Below are positions 11,458 through 22,384 of a stretch of 48,166 nucleotides of DNA, one piece after another. Both the position numbers and the translations under genes were made by a program. Below the pieces are notes generated by a model that was given only the letters and a program-made list of their open reading frames with translations, did no database searches and had not been told where the DNA came from. The DNA is taken from contig NC_133618.1 in the NCBI RefSeq assembly GCF_048593235.1, positions 141,898,996 to 141,947,161 on the forward strand. Reading direction: 5' to 3'. Numbering within the stretch: the stretch's first letter is position 1; each line of letters opens with the position of its first letter. Source of the DNA: Sminthopsis crassicaudata (lineage: Eukaryota).

Positions 11458-11615
11458 TGGTGTTTTCATCTCTCTTCCTGAGAAGTCAGGGAGGGCATGA
11501 TCACCTCCTTTTATGGTGTTTTCACCCCTTTTTTTGAGCAGTCAGGGAAAGCGTGATCACCTCCTTTTTTGGGGTTTTCACCTCCTTGAGAAGTCAGGGA
11601 AGTCATGACCACCTA
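11458..11615 (+). repeat. Three tandem ~56-bp direct repeats in the ERV 3' UTR
   Basis: Units start at 11458, 11514 and 11570 and share tgg(t/g)gttttca...gag(a/c)agtcaggga...tga(t/c)cacct. Confidence 0.92.
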
Positions 11616-11626
11616 TGTTCTAAAAC

Positions 11627-11642
11627 AAAAGAAAGCTGGAGA
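11627..11642 (+). promoter_or_regulatory. Polypurine tract
   Basis: aaaagaaagctggaga lies immediately before the 3' LTR TG. Confidence 0.85.
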
Positions 11643-11940
11643 TGTTATGGGCCAGAACTTGAAACAAGGCACTAAGTGGAATTGAGGAAACAGTGGTTAA
11701 ATCTAGTTTAGCATTGCTTTAATCCTACAACAAATAATGGTTTCCTAGTGATATAATGGTGTATACTCAGTGTGGACCATATAAGGAGGAGCTCTCAAGA
11801 CCAGAAAGGACAAGTGCATTAGAAGCTCTTGGAGGCTGAGATAGATTCATTCCATCTTTCACCTTGAAACAAAGGCTGCTTCCAGAAACTCCAAGGAAAC
11901 ACCAACAAGAGAATATTACATTTTAGAGAAGAATATTACA
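11643..11940 (+). mobile_element. 3' LTR (298 bp; extra ~60-bp and 4-bp deletions relative to the 5' LTR)
   Basis: tgttatgggcc...gaatattaca, by direct comparison with 8754-9115. Confidence 0.96.
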
Positions 11941-12849
11941 TGAGAGAATAGGAAGAAGATGAGGAAGAAACCAATGAAAGAATCCACTAAGGAAGGTGGG
12001 TTAGAGAGACAAGAAGAGATTCAGAGAACTATACTGTTTCTTTGAATATTTTTTGATCCCAGAACCAATCACTGACTTTCACAACCCCTTCCCAAATGCA
12101 GAATTGGTATGTTTCATTATTTCATCTGTCTCCCCTGAGGACAGCCTTTAAGGCATGATATGGTGACTCTCTAAATACAAGCCACCCAGGCTGAATGACA
12201 GGGGAGACACCAGAAGCAATTCCCCCTCCTTCCCCTTTTGGGCCTGCTGCAGAGCTCTCCATCCATGGGCCACCTCCTTGCTAGTTTTGCACAATCTAAG
12301 CTATACACAAAGGAAACAGTGTGGACCCCCTCTCCTGGGCACTACCCCAACCACAGAATTTCTCAAAGCCTCTTTCTCCAAACACTTGACCTTGAGGTCA
12401 CTCCTTTCAAGTTCTCTTCACCCCCCTCCCCCCAGCCCTTAAAGATCCTTGGGGCATAAAAGGGTATCAATCCTTCTCTTTCTTTTCTATTTTGGCTAGA
12501 TTCTTCATGCCCCAGGGCATGAATTCTGCATCCAGCTGTGGATGAGAACGGATTCTCCCTATCTTCCTCCACCATCACCCTGATGATGAACTTAGATAAG
12601 CTAGGGAAAGCATTTTTAAATCTAAACTGAATAGATCTGACCTACAGGAAACTAGAAACTATATGGATGACCTAAGTCCTATCCCCCAACAATGCCCTCC
12701 CACTTAGGAAAATTTGGTTGTGAACCCAAATATCTTTGTTCACTAAAACAAAGTGAAAGATAGTACTACCAAGCAAAAGCCTTTGAGGATAGAGGAAAAG
12801 CCAAGAAAACACAATGAAATAGATTTGAGGAGATTCTTCTCCATCCTTG

Positions 12850-13190
12850 GAAAGTTCTCCTTCCTCATGTCCACTTCTTAGAATCCCTAGCTTTCTTCAA
12901 GGTTTGCTCAGTAAACTCCTATTTAATCCTCCCCTTCCCTCCCTTTCCCTCCTCTTCTCTCCTCCCCCACCCCGTTTTTCCCTGTGTGTCTCTCACTCTG
13001 TGTGTGTATGTGTTTCTTTCTCTTTAAATTTTTTGTATTCCTTTATTGGGGAGTGTATCCTCAAAACTGATTTCAAGTTCCTTGGGGGCAGTAGAGGTTT
13101 TTCTTTCATTTTTTCTTTATATTCCCCATCTAACACATTGCCTCTCACATCGTGTATAATAAGTATATGTATAAGCAAATGGGATGGTTT
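12850..13190 (+). mobile_element. L2 3' end
   Basis: gatttcaagttccttgggggcagtagagg...atctaacacattgcctctcacat is an L2 tail. Confidence 0.6.
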
Positions 13191-13234
13191 GGGATAGAAT
13201 AGCATGATCACAGAAATCTTTTCTCCTGTAATCC

Positions 13235-13430
13235 TTTGTTGTTATTGTTCATCCTTCCTTTTCAATGACAACCAGTAACATCACAAATGAGAAATAAGTG
13301 ATATCTTGACTTGCTCATAAATAGGATTGAAATGAGACAGAGTTGTGTAAATTGTCAGCCTCACTCTCTTCCAGAATCATTGAAGTCAAAATCAGGATGA
13401 CAGACTATGACCCTGTTGAAATGATTGGAC
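13235..13430 (-). mobile_element. RTE-related marsupial SINE (WALLSI/RTESINE-like) 3' part
   Basis: (ttg)n tail followed by ...gtcagcctcactctcttccagaatcattgaagtc..., homologous to 47996-48166. Confidence 0.65.
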
Positions 13431-14697
13431 TTCTTTTAACCCTTTATATCAAAGTAGGTTCCCCGGGTTCATCCAGTGGATGACAAAATAGGTAACTTTG
13501 AGGCCTAAGTCCCCATTTAGTCAAGCTTCTGATAAGACAGCTGGAAGAGGTCAAACCCACCATGAACTCCCTTTTTTCCTTGCTCTTGGAGCCCAATCTC
13601 TTCCCTGTCACATTCTGTGTAAGATCACCTTTCCTTCCTGTGAGAAACAATTAAAGGAGCTGGTCTGGAACTGAGAAGGCTGAAGGACAACTTAATAACA
13701 GCCTTCAGTGGTGGGATAGTAACAGAGGACAAAAGACAAAAAAGACTGGAATTTTCCTGCAACAAGAAAACTTTAAGTTGTAAAAACCTGGTTGTAAGAG
13801 TTATCCATACCTAGAATTAATATCAGACCCTCATTTCCTAGACAACTCTTGAGGTTAATTATCACCTATCTGCCTAGAAGGGCGTAGGTCTTAAAAGGAG
13901 GCCCATGGAGAATAGCTTCCCTTTGTGGGAAAGGGGCTAAACTTTATTTTTATGACTCCAGGACCTTTTTTCTACCTTCTACTGGCAAGACTACCCATTA
14001 TCCCCCATCTCACCTCCTTGCTTCCACAACCATCCCCTGGACCTGTAAAGTGACATTCCCAAATACCAATGAGAACTTCCTTTGTACTTCCTCTCCTGCA
14101 AAGACCCCTCAAAGTAGGAATAAGAATTCTACCGGTCCTACCAGATGAGAGCTTCTGGCCCCCACTCTGGCATTGCAGGAGCAGCAACCATCCCCAGCAG
14201 GAGTTCTGGAGAGCAGGTGAATTGAGAAGCAGCAAGTGGCAGAGACTGGAGCCCAGAGAAAAAAAGCCTATGTTGGTGAACATTTATTATATGACGGCAG
14301 TGAGTGAGCTAGAAGCTTACGGCCACCATTAGAGTGCAATGAAGCAATCGCAGGGTTGATGTGTTTCTGCAATTTAGTCTCTACAAAACCCTCTGCCTGA
14401 GGGAAGCTGTAATCTCACCAATGTGTGTGACTGTGTGTGGTTTTTTAGGCTCTTCTCTCAAAAACTTTGACATCGCCATAAACTCCCTGCTGTCCTTTGA
14501 AACCTCATAACCTGGTGCTGAGCTCACCTGGCAGCCTTTAAAGAACTAGATTCCTAAGGTTTTGTTTCTGGCTCCTGAATGTGATTGCTTTTTTCATGTT
14601 ATTCTTTTGACAAAGCCCCAGAGCAAGAGTGTGTTGGAGTTAGCTCAATTGGGCTCTCTGGAGCTGATAATTTATATATAATCCTATGGCTTACTAT

Positions 14698-14891
14698 TCA
14701 TGGAATTATAGGAAATAGGTTTAATCTGGGAGGGACCTTAGGAGGTTTCTAATTCCTTATTTCACAGATGAGAAAAATGAGTCCCAAAGAAATAAAGAGA
14801 ATTTGTCCAACATCACAAAAGCTGAAAGTAGCAACGTCAGAATTTGAACCCAAATCCCACGACTCCAAATCCAGCACTTTTCACTGCACCA
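14698..14891 (-). mobile_element. MIR3-like CORE-SINE
   Basis: tcatggaattatag tail, core ttcacagatgagaaaaatgag, head gaatttgaacccaaatc...ccaaatccagcact. Confidence 0.75.
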
Positions 14892-15179
14892 GATCATTCT
14901 TTGTTTAATTTAAATTTTTGCTTCCTGTTTAATATCTGATCTAAGCATTGCACAGGTCCTGACCCATATGCAGGTGTAGTGTCTGATTTTAGATTCATAA
15001 AAGTTATTTTGATTCTCTTTGTACTAAATAATTGATTTGAGGTCAGTAAATGAGAGATGCTTCTCACATTCCCAAGGAGGGTTGAATTGATTTGAAGAAG
15101 TTTTGACCTCTCTAAACAATGATCTGAACAGCCCTAATAAAAGATTACCCAAGGCAATAGCCAAATCTATAGACCCCAA

Positions 15180-15320
15180 AACAAATTAATTAATCAGTAT
15201 TTATTTATTGAGCACCTACTATGTGCCTTTCACTATGCTAAGCACCAGGCATAAAGGTACAAAAAAAAAATGAATGAATGAATCGCTACTCATATAGGTC
15301 CTTATGTCCAGATTGGGGTC
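15180..15320 (-). mobile_element. L2 3' end
   Basis: atttattgagcacctactatgtgcc...ctaagcacc. Confidence 0.75.
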
Positions 15321-15839
15321 TGCTCTTTTACAGATCCCCTTAAACTTAAGCTTCCTGTATAATGGCTAGTCCAGTAAAGTAGAGTGACTTGTATTCTATG
15401 TAAGGGAATTAATCCTTGGTAATAGAGAAATGCAATGAAGGGGTATAGAGGAAAGACATCAGACTAGCAGTGGTTTGGCAAGAAATATGTCTGTAATGCT
15501 TTATGGAAAGAAAAAGGGTCAGAATTGCTCCCAACAATCAGGAATAAAGACTGTCATTCATGAAACAGAAAAGTATCCCAAAACACTAGAATACAATGGG
15601 TTTTAGTTGGGAACTGGGGAGCTACAAGGTTATATGAGGTTCATTTTTCACACCTACCCCATTTGCCAGATGTTGGTCTGCTAACCAGTCTTTGCTGAGG
15701 GTTGCCATCTATCTAGTCATCATTCCACTCCCTCTTAGGGCATAATCCCTCATAGCTGAGACTCAGACTGATTTCCACTGAAAACTCAGTGGTGTCTATA
15801 AACTTTTCTAGTAGGCTTGGTTTAAGCAGGAGTCAAAAG

Positions 15840-15985
15840 GCTTCAGGTTAGAAAGGACCTGAAAACTCATTTAATCCAATCCTCTTTTTTACAGAGAAAG
15901 AAACTGAGATCCAGAGAATTAAAGTGGTCGCATAAATAATGAGGGATAAGCTTCAAACTCAGTTCTAGTATTCTTTCCATCACAT
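15840..15985 (-). mobile_element. MIR-family SINE
   Basis: ttagaaaggacc...acagagaaagaaactgagatccagagaattaaagtg. Confidence 0.65.
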
Positions 15986-16439
15986 TCATCATCTGCAACT
16001 CATAGAAAATCCAATCCCCGAGAACAACTTCATTAGTTAATCATCATGACTTGAATAATTATTTCCCTAAAAGTACAATTAGATGATAAACCACTGGGAT
16101 TTTCTTTTTCTTTTTTAAGTCAAGCCTTATAAAGTAATTGTTTTGTTAGTCTGAAGATTTGGCACGGAGAAATAGGAAATGAGAAAATATGGGTAAAAGA
16201 TGGAGGCATGGAAAGAATGAAGAGAGAAAGAAATTCATAAAAAGTCAGATACAGAAGAGTGAAAACAAATACAGAATTAAGGACAGGGTGAAGAGAGCAA
16301 GTGAAAAAAAAGGGAGAAAGAAGAAAGAGCAACTGGGGTACAATAGCCTAAAAAGAAATAGCAGAGGGGATGATAAGAGTTTATAATCCAATGTCCTCCA
16401 TTCATATACTTTGCACAAAGTAGGTGTATTGACAGCATT

Positions 16440-16789
16440 NNNNNNNNNNNNNNNNNNNNNNNNNNNNNNNNNNNNNNNNNNNNNNNNNNNNNNNNNNNNN
16501 NNNNNNNNNNNNNNNNNNNNNNNNNNNNNNNNNNNNNNNNNNNNNNNNNNNNNNNNNNNNNNNNNNNNNNNNNNNNNNNNNNNNNNNNNNNNNNNNNNNN
16601 NNNNNNNNNNNNNNNNNNNNNNNNNNNNNNNNNNNNNNNNNNNNNNNNNNNNNNNNNNNNNNNNNNNNNNNNNNNNNNNNNNNNNNNNNNNNNNNNNNNN
16701 NNNNNNNNNNNNNNNNNNNNNNNNNNNNNNNNNNNNNNNNNNNNNNNNNNNNNNNNNNNNNNNNNNNNNNNNNNNNNNNNNNNNNNNNN
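16440..16789. other. Assembly gap (N), followed by a GA-rich simple repeat to ~16905
   Basis: Run of N, then (GA/GACA)n. Confidence 1.
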
Positions 16790-16904
16790 AGAGATAGAGA
16801 GAGAGGGAGGGAGGGAGGGATAGAGAGACAAAAAGAGACAGACAGAGAGAGAGACACAGAGACACAGAGAGACAGAGACAGACACAAAGAGTCAGAGGAG
16901 ACAG

Positions 16905-17012
16905 AGACAAATTAAGTAATTTGCCCAAGTTCACACAGCAAGTTAATATCAGACGCTATATTTGAAGATACCTCTTTCTCACTTCAGGCCTATATCTACT
17001 GCACCACTAAGC
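16905..17012 (-). mobile_element. CORE-SINE 5' half (MIR/MAR1-like)
   Basis: ttaagtaatttgcccaagttcacacagc...atttgaa...ctatatctactgcaccac. Confidence 0.7.
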
Positions 17013-17077
17013 TATACCTAATATAGCCTTATATACTAAGCCACATAATTTATGGTATATAAGCTCTCTGGGGTGTT

Positions 17078-17210
17078 CAGGGAGGACCAGCTCCTCTAGG
17101 GTCAGGGCTACTCATCCCCCTTTGGTGTCCACCTTTACCCAGCTCTCACCTGTGGCTCCAGGAAGCTGTAGCATGCACAGCCCACCTCAGCAGACAACTA
17201 AGCCAAGTTA
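17078..17210 (+). mobile_element. RTE 5'-UTR-type (WALLSI/RTESINE-like) fragment
   Basis: gggaggaccagc...tttggtgtccacc...ctctcacctgtggctccaggaagctgtagcatgcacagc resembles the shared 5' region of marsupial RTE and RTE-SINEs. Confidence 0.55.
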
Positions 17211-17740
17211 AAAGTAACTAATTTTCAAATCTGTTGGTGAGTTAGGGGATATCTGTCTCAAGCATGGGAAGACTTTTCCTGGTGGAATGAACAGATAAGA
17301 ACAATTTGTTCCAACAGCCACAAAGGCACCATGGGGGCACTTAGAACTTGGTGAGACAGGGAAGACAACTGAGGTCATCCACTTCACCCTGGGGCCATCG
17401 CCAGCAACCTTGACTTTTTTCTGCCACTGGACTTTGATGACTCTGAAAGAGAGAGGGAGGCAGATGATTTTGTGTATTTCTGCCTCCCTTAAATCCGAGT
17501 CATCACCTGTGATGTCCCTGGTTCTTTTTGAAAGCAGAAGAGGAATATAGTAGGCATTTAATAAATGCTTATTAAAATGTTGAAATGAGAGACAAAGTGA
17601 GTGGGGGCAGAACAAAATGAACAAAGGTACAAAAAGAACAATCAAGACCTTTTTCAAAAGACTTTAAGGATATCTGCATTACTGGAATACCTTTGTAGAT
17701 AAAATGAGCTAAGATTGTGAAGACTGAATGAGGGGGAAAA

Positions 17741-17981
17741 GTAAATATTTATTAAGTACCTACTATGTGACAAGCACTGTGCTAAGTGATTTACAAATAT
17801 TACCTCATTTGAACCTCACAATAGCCAGGTATTATAGTTAGTCCCAATTTACAGTTTAGGAAACTGAGGCACACAGAGGTCAAATGACTTGTCCATATCA
17901 CAGAGCTAGTAAGTATCTGGAGCTGGATTTGAATTCAGGTATTTCTTACTTCAGGTTCACTACACTACTCACTGGGCCACC
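17741..17981 (-). mobile_element. Near full-length MIR SINE
   Basis: atttattaagtacctactatgtg...ggaaactgaggcacacagaggtcaaatgacttgtcc...ggatttgaattcagg. Confidence 0.9.
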
Positions 17982-19033
17982 CAAACCAGGTTGTAGAAGG
18001 CCTGAAAAGCTAGCCAATGATCTTGGGGCTTTTTACCCTCTTAAACACTAAGAACCATTAGAACTAGCCATACTGACCTATGAAGCAATATGATCTACCT
18101 CTATGCCTTTTGTTGATTGTCCCCCGTATTGAAATCATATCTTGTTATGGTCCCCCTGACTACTCCATCAGTTAGTACAACAGACAGGTATATAATTAGG
18201 TAGGTATATAAGTAGCCAGTGTAAAGAAGTGATAAATAGGAAATAGTAACTAAAAGTGAAAAATTCAACATAGAAGCCACTTGAAAAAAAAAAAATCTGC
18301 CTCCTCATCTAGAAACTATGTACTAAATTAAGAGAAGCTAGACAGGCCCCAGTAATAGCCCCTTCAGTCTGCAGGAGCAGTAAAACTATAGAAACAGTAT
18401 GCTAATATATGCTAAAATTGGTAACTTTGAGCTGCTATTGGTAAACTGATGAGCTAGCCAAGGTGGTGCAGCTCATAAGTTGTTCATTCCTATTAAAACC
18501 TTTCCTACTAAAATCCTATAAGAATGGAATCTCAAAACCCTGCCCCTAAGCACTCTTTGATTGTTCCTAAGGTCCATGCAGCCCTTCCTGTAGCTATAAG
18601 GAGAGATAGAAGATAATACTGGAAAAAAATAGGTGGGAAGCCACATCAAGGAGAGCCTTGAATGTCAGTCTAAATGAATGGAGAAATCATATAGATAAAA
18701 TCCATTAACAATGTTCCAATTTGATGGCAACCAGACCATTTGCTGGAAAATAACTTTTAATACCCCTCTACCCCCTCAATTATTGTTGCCTACCATAGCC
18801 TGTGGGGAAGCACACCCTTCTTTCACCTGCTCATAAAGTTCCACCCTGGGCTAAGAGATGTGGCAGGTAGGGAAATGGCAGGCCTTTTAATTACAGGGAA
18901 GATGACAAGGCATGGTGGAGAAATCAGTATTTTTAGCTGAAGCGAGGAGAAAGGAGAACAGGAGAAAGAAATTTCTGACAGAACTTTCCTCCTCTCTCTT
19001 TCCTGATCTCAGCAGGATGCTTGGGATCTTGAA

Positions 19034-19462
19034 NNNNNNNNNNNNNNNNNNNNNNNNNNNNNNNNNNNNNNNNNNNNNNNNNNNNNNNNNNNNNNNNNNN
19101 NNNNNNNNNNNNNNNNNNNNNNNNNNNNNNNNNNNNNNNNNNNNNNNNNNNNNNNNNNNNNNNNNNNNNNNNGAAAGAGAGGAAAGAGAGGGAGGAAGAA
19201 AAGAGAGAGAGAGAGAGAGACGGAGAGGAAAAGAGGGAGANNNNNNNNNNNNNNNNNNNNNNNNNNNNNNNNNNNNNNNNNNNNNNNNNNNNNNNNNNNN
19301 NNNNNNNNNNNNNNNNNNNNNNNNNNNNNNNNNNNNNNNNNNNNNNNNNNNNNNNNNNNNNNNNNNNNNNNNNNNNNNNNNNNNNNNNNNNNNNNNNNNN
19401 NNNNNNNNNNNNNNNNNNNNNNNNNNNNNNNNNNNNNNNNNNNNNNNNNNNNNNNNNNNNNN
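19034..19462. other. Two assembly gaps (19034-19172, 19241-19462) around a GA-rich island
   Basis: Runs of N separated by 68 bp of purine repeat. Confidence 1.
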
Positions 19463-20244
19463 AATATTTTTTAGAGAACATTGCAAAATGGTGAAATGTG
19501 TTTACTGTTCAATGTTGGGAAGCTAACGAGAAATAGATACTTGAGCAGGATGATACTAACTGTTTTTGACACTGGTGATGGCCCTTTCGTGGGAACACTT
19601 TCACCCTGTGCCGAAACAGATTATTCCATGTGTCCATTGTCTTGAGATCCCACCCTCTGCAAATATTCTAATGCCAGAGTTGGCTCATCTGTCCACTTAT
19701 TGATTTATTTGGAGGGCAGGTTGGCTTGTGGAAAAATCAGGCATCTTGTGGTTGCGCAATGGGAACCTCCCCTGGGTCCAGCTTGCTGAGGTTAGAAAAG
19801 ATTTCATATGGATGGATAGAAATGTTAGGCTACATGGGGTTTCTTGAATTTGGTTGCAAATCACCCTAGCAAAGAGGTCCTGAGGATATTTTTGCAGCTG
19901 CTCTTTTGTTGTTCAATTCTCATTTTTTTTTTTGGGGGGGGGGGTGGAAAACTCTAGGGAAGGTTCCTCTATCTAGTACATCCAGCCTGAAGGCTGGATT
20001 CATTGAGCCTTCCTCATTCTTTCAGCTTTTCCAATCCTACCCAGATGCCCTTCTTCTCTGGGTTCCAACACAGATCCATGGGAACACCATACTTAGAGCA
20101 GGGGTCAAACTGAGAGAGTGAAAGAAAGAGACTCATTTAAAGAATGCACAAATATCCAAGATATAGGTATCAATGATGGCCATCACCCCAGGGTAACACT
20201 ATTCTTCAATAATTTTCAAAGCTTTACATATACATTGGATCCCT

Positions 20245-20375
20245 GTCAAATGAAGATTTATTAAGTGTCAACAATGTTGCCAGGTTTTATGGCTGGGATG
20301 AAGTATAAGAAAAAGAGACAGTCCCTGCCCTCAAGGAGCTTACAATCTAACAGGGAAGAGGAAGCTGAAAGGGAG
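20245..20375 (-). mobile_element. L2 3' end
   Basis: agacagtccctgccctcaaggagcttacaatctaa. Confidence 0.8.
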
Positions 20376-20615
20376 AAAAGGCCACCTGGAGTTATCCAAC
20401 TTGGGGTGTGAAATGTTATTCAGTAGAATCAAAGCTTAGCAGAACTGCTGCTAGAGAATGTGAGTCCTGTGAGGAAGGAATAATAATCATTCAGGATTGC
20501 ATTGTGCTTTAAGGTTTACAAAGTGCTTTGGTCACAGAGAACTTGGGAGGTGGGTGGTGCAAGTGCTGCCCAAATTTCATAGACACAGCAATTGAAGAAA
20601 AGCAAGAAAGTGAGA

Positions 20616-20860
20616 GGGCTGCTAAGTGGTACCATAGTGCACAGAGCGCTGGGCCTGGAGTCAGGAAGACTCATCTTTCTGAGTTCAAATCTAGCCTCAG
20701 ACACTGAATTGCTGTATGATCCTGGCCAACTCACTTAATCCTGTTTGTCTCTGTTTTTGAATCTGTAAAATGGACTGGATAAGGAAATGACAAACCATTC
20801 CAATGTCTTTGCCAAGAAAACCCCAATAAAGGTCACTAACAATTGAATATGACTCAAAAG
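20616..20860 (+). mobile_element. Full-length MAR1-type SINE (tRNA head, CORE, RTE tail)
   Basis: A-box/B-box head (gctaagtggtacc...gagttcaaatc), CORE, and the RTE tail aaggaaatgacaaaccattcc...gccaagaaaacccc. Confidence 0.9.
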
Positions 20861-20924
20861 GAAGTGAAAATGTGGATTTCCTATCTCCTAATTGCTTTTG
20901 TAGACCCAGGTCATATACAATAAT

Positions 20925-21050
20925 TTCCTGTTACTTAAGAGAGTAGAATGTAAGATCTTTGCAAACAGAGACTTTGTTTAGTTCCTTATATTCCTAGCAC
21001 CTAACTTGAGAACTAAGATAGAATAAGCTCTTAATAAATGTGTTAATTGG
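20925..21050 (+). mobile_element. L2 3' end
   Basis: agtagaatgtaagatctttgcaaacagagact...ctcttaataaatgtgtt. Confidence 0.7.
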
Positions 21051-21057
21051 CTAAAAA

Positions 21058-21075
21058 TTATATGTATATATATAT

Positions 21076-21136
<61 letters not shown>
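21058..21136. repeat. (TA)n microsatellite
   Basis: Direct inspection. Confidence 0.97.
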
Positions 21137-21138
<2 letters not shown>

Positions 21139-21139
21139 A

Positions 21140-21310
21140 ATATCTTAAGAGACCTTAAGGGCCATATAGTCCAACCACCTTCCATTTTACAAATGAGGAA
21201 ACTGAGATCAAGAGAGAGAGAGATCAAATGAGCCACTCAAAAAGTTACACAGGTAAAAAGCAGGAAAACTAAGACACAGATCTAGATCCTCTAAGTTTTG
21301 ATCTAAGACC
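21140..21310 (-). mobile_element. MIR3-like SINE
   Basis: gagaccttaagggccatatagtccaacc...ttttacaaatgaggaaactgag. Confidence 0.75.
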
Positions 21311-22384
21311 TTTTTTTTTTTTTTTACCAATACACAATGCTGTAGGCATTAGAAGAAAAGGTGCTACAATGGGGCAGGGAGGGGGGTCCACAAAGGCCAA
21401 GATTTTCCCAGTCCTCAGTCAGGATATCACTTAGAATGAGGTAGCTTTGATGGAACAAACTGTAGGAATGATTGACACCTCCAGTCTTGAACATAGCTCC
21501 ATCCAAGGACCACCATGATAGATAAGTTCCTATGGAATTATATAAGTGCTAAAACGTAGAATGAGAAGAACCATGCAGTTAATCAGGAAATCAATACTAA
21601 TTGCTCCTCCCATCTCTCCATCAAAGCAATGCAACTTTCTTTGGAAGAGATTTTAGATATGAGATTGAAAATATACCAAAGGAAGCAAAAACAATCACAA
21701 GTCCCTAAGTGAAAAGAGCAGGGAAGGTGTGGAAAAGACAGAAGAGGAAAACCAGTCTACAAAACAATGACTCTCTCCCCAGAGTGTAGTGGTAATATTG
21801 TGTTGTGAGCCATTTCCCAGAAGACACAAAAATATTAGCAGTTCACGTTAATATAGTGCTTTGAGAATTCTGAAGCTCTTTCTCCATGACAACCCTGTAT
21901 TGCCTCTATACCTAGGCCTTGTCTCCCTTGGGGAATTATAATCAGCTCTAGTAGAATAATCCCACCAGGCCCTCTTCAGGCTGATTTTCTGCCTCAGAGG
22001 AGTGGATGAGGTGAGTTCTAAGATCAATGAATTGCTTCTTTGTTCCTATTTTCTACTATATTAAGACCTACCAAAGTATAAAATAGCAAATATGGATAAT
22101 GAAACTCTTCAGTGTCTTTATTAATAATAAACATTATGCTAAATCCTTTAACAGGGGCTTGCAATGAAATCTTCCTTTTTCAATCTCTGTGTGCTGTTAG
22201 ATGGATTTCACATTATATTCAAAGTGTCTAATTCCACTTATATATCACTTCATCAGAACTTTTAGCTCTTTGGCCTAGACTCAGGGTTATCCATGCATCT
22301 CTCTAACATTACATTTGGGGAATGTGATGTTGGAAATCCTCAAACAAGAGATAAGAGCTTGCTTCTATGAGCAATCATTCACAA

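Larger units (their letters stand above)
8754..11940 (+). mobile_element. Internally deleted class II (betaretrovirus-like) endogenous retrovirus: LTR-PBS-gag-[IN C-term]-PPT-LTR
   Basis: Paired TG...CA LTRs, TSD tcagag (8748-8753) / tgagag (11941-11946), PBS, gag motifs, IN C-terminus and PPT are all visible in the sequence. Confidence 0.96.
8100..12030 (-). mobile_element. L2 fragment that hosts the MITE (8288-8491) and the provirus (8754-11940)
   Basis: Antisense L2 (gaatttgagatggcagtgggacattcagatagagatg...) stops at 8753 and resumes at 11941 (tgagagaataggaagaagatgagg). Confidence 0.7.

Noticed and set aside
11458-11615. Repeat-spacer-like pattern suggesting a CRISPR array
   Set aside because: The context is a eukaryotic retroviral UTR, the units are contiguous degenerate tandem repeats without unique spacers, and there are no cas genes.
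18147-18560. Possible additional old LTR starting tgttatggtccccc
   Set aside because: There is no alignment to the other LTRs beyond 8 nt, and no defined CA end or TSD.
16245-19526. Long ORFs at 16245-16934 and 18887-19526 (also 7811-8047)
   Set aside because: They are open only because they run through N gaps.
20616-20700. tRNA-like A/B boxes here and at 38763, 24474 and 47760
   Set aside because: Each continues into CORE and RTE-tail sequence, so these are SINE heads and not tRNA genes.
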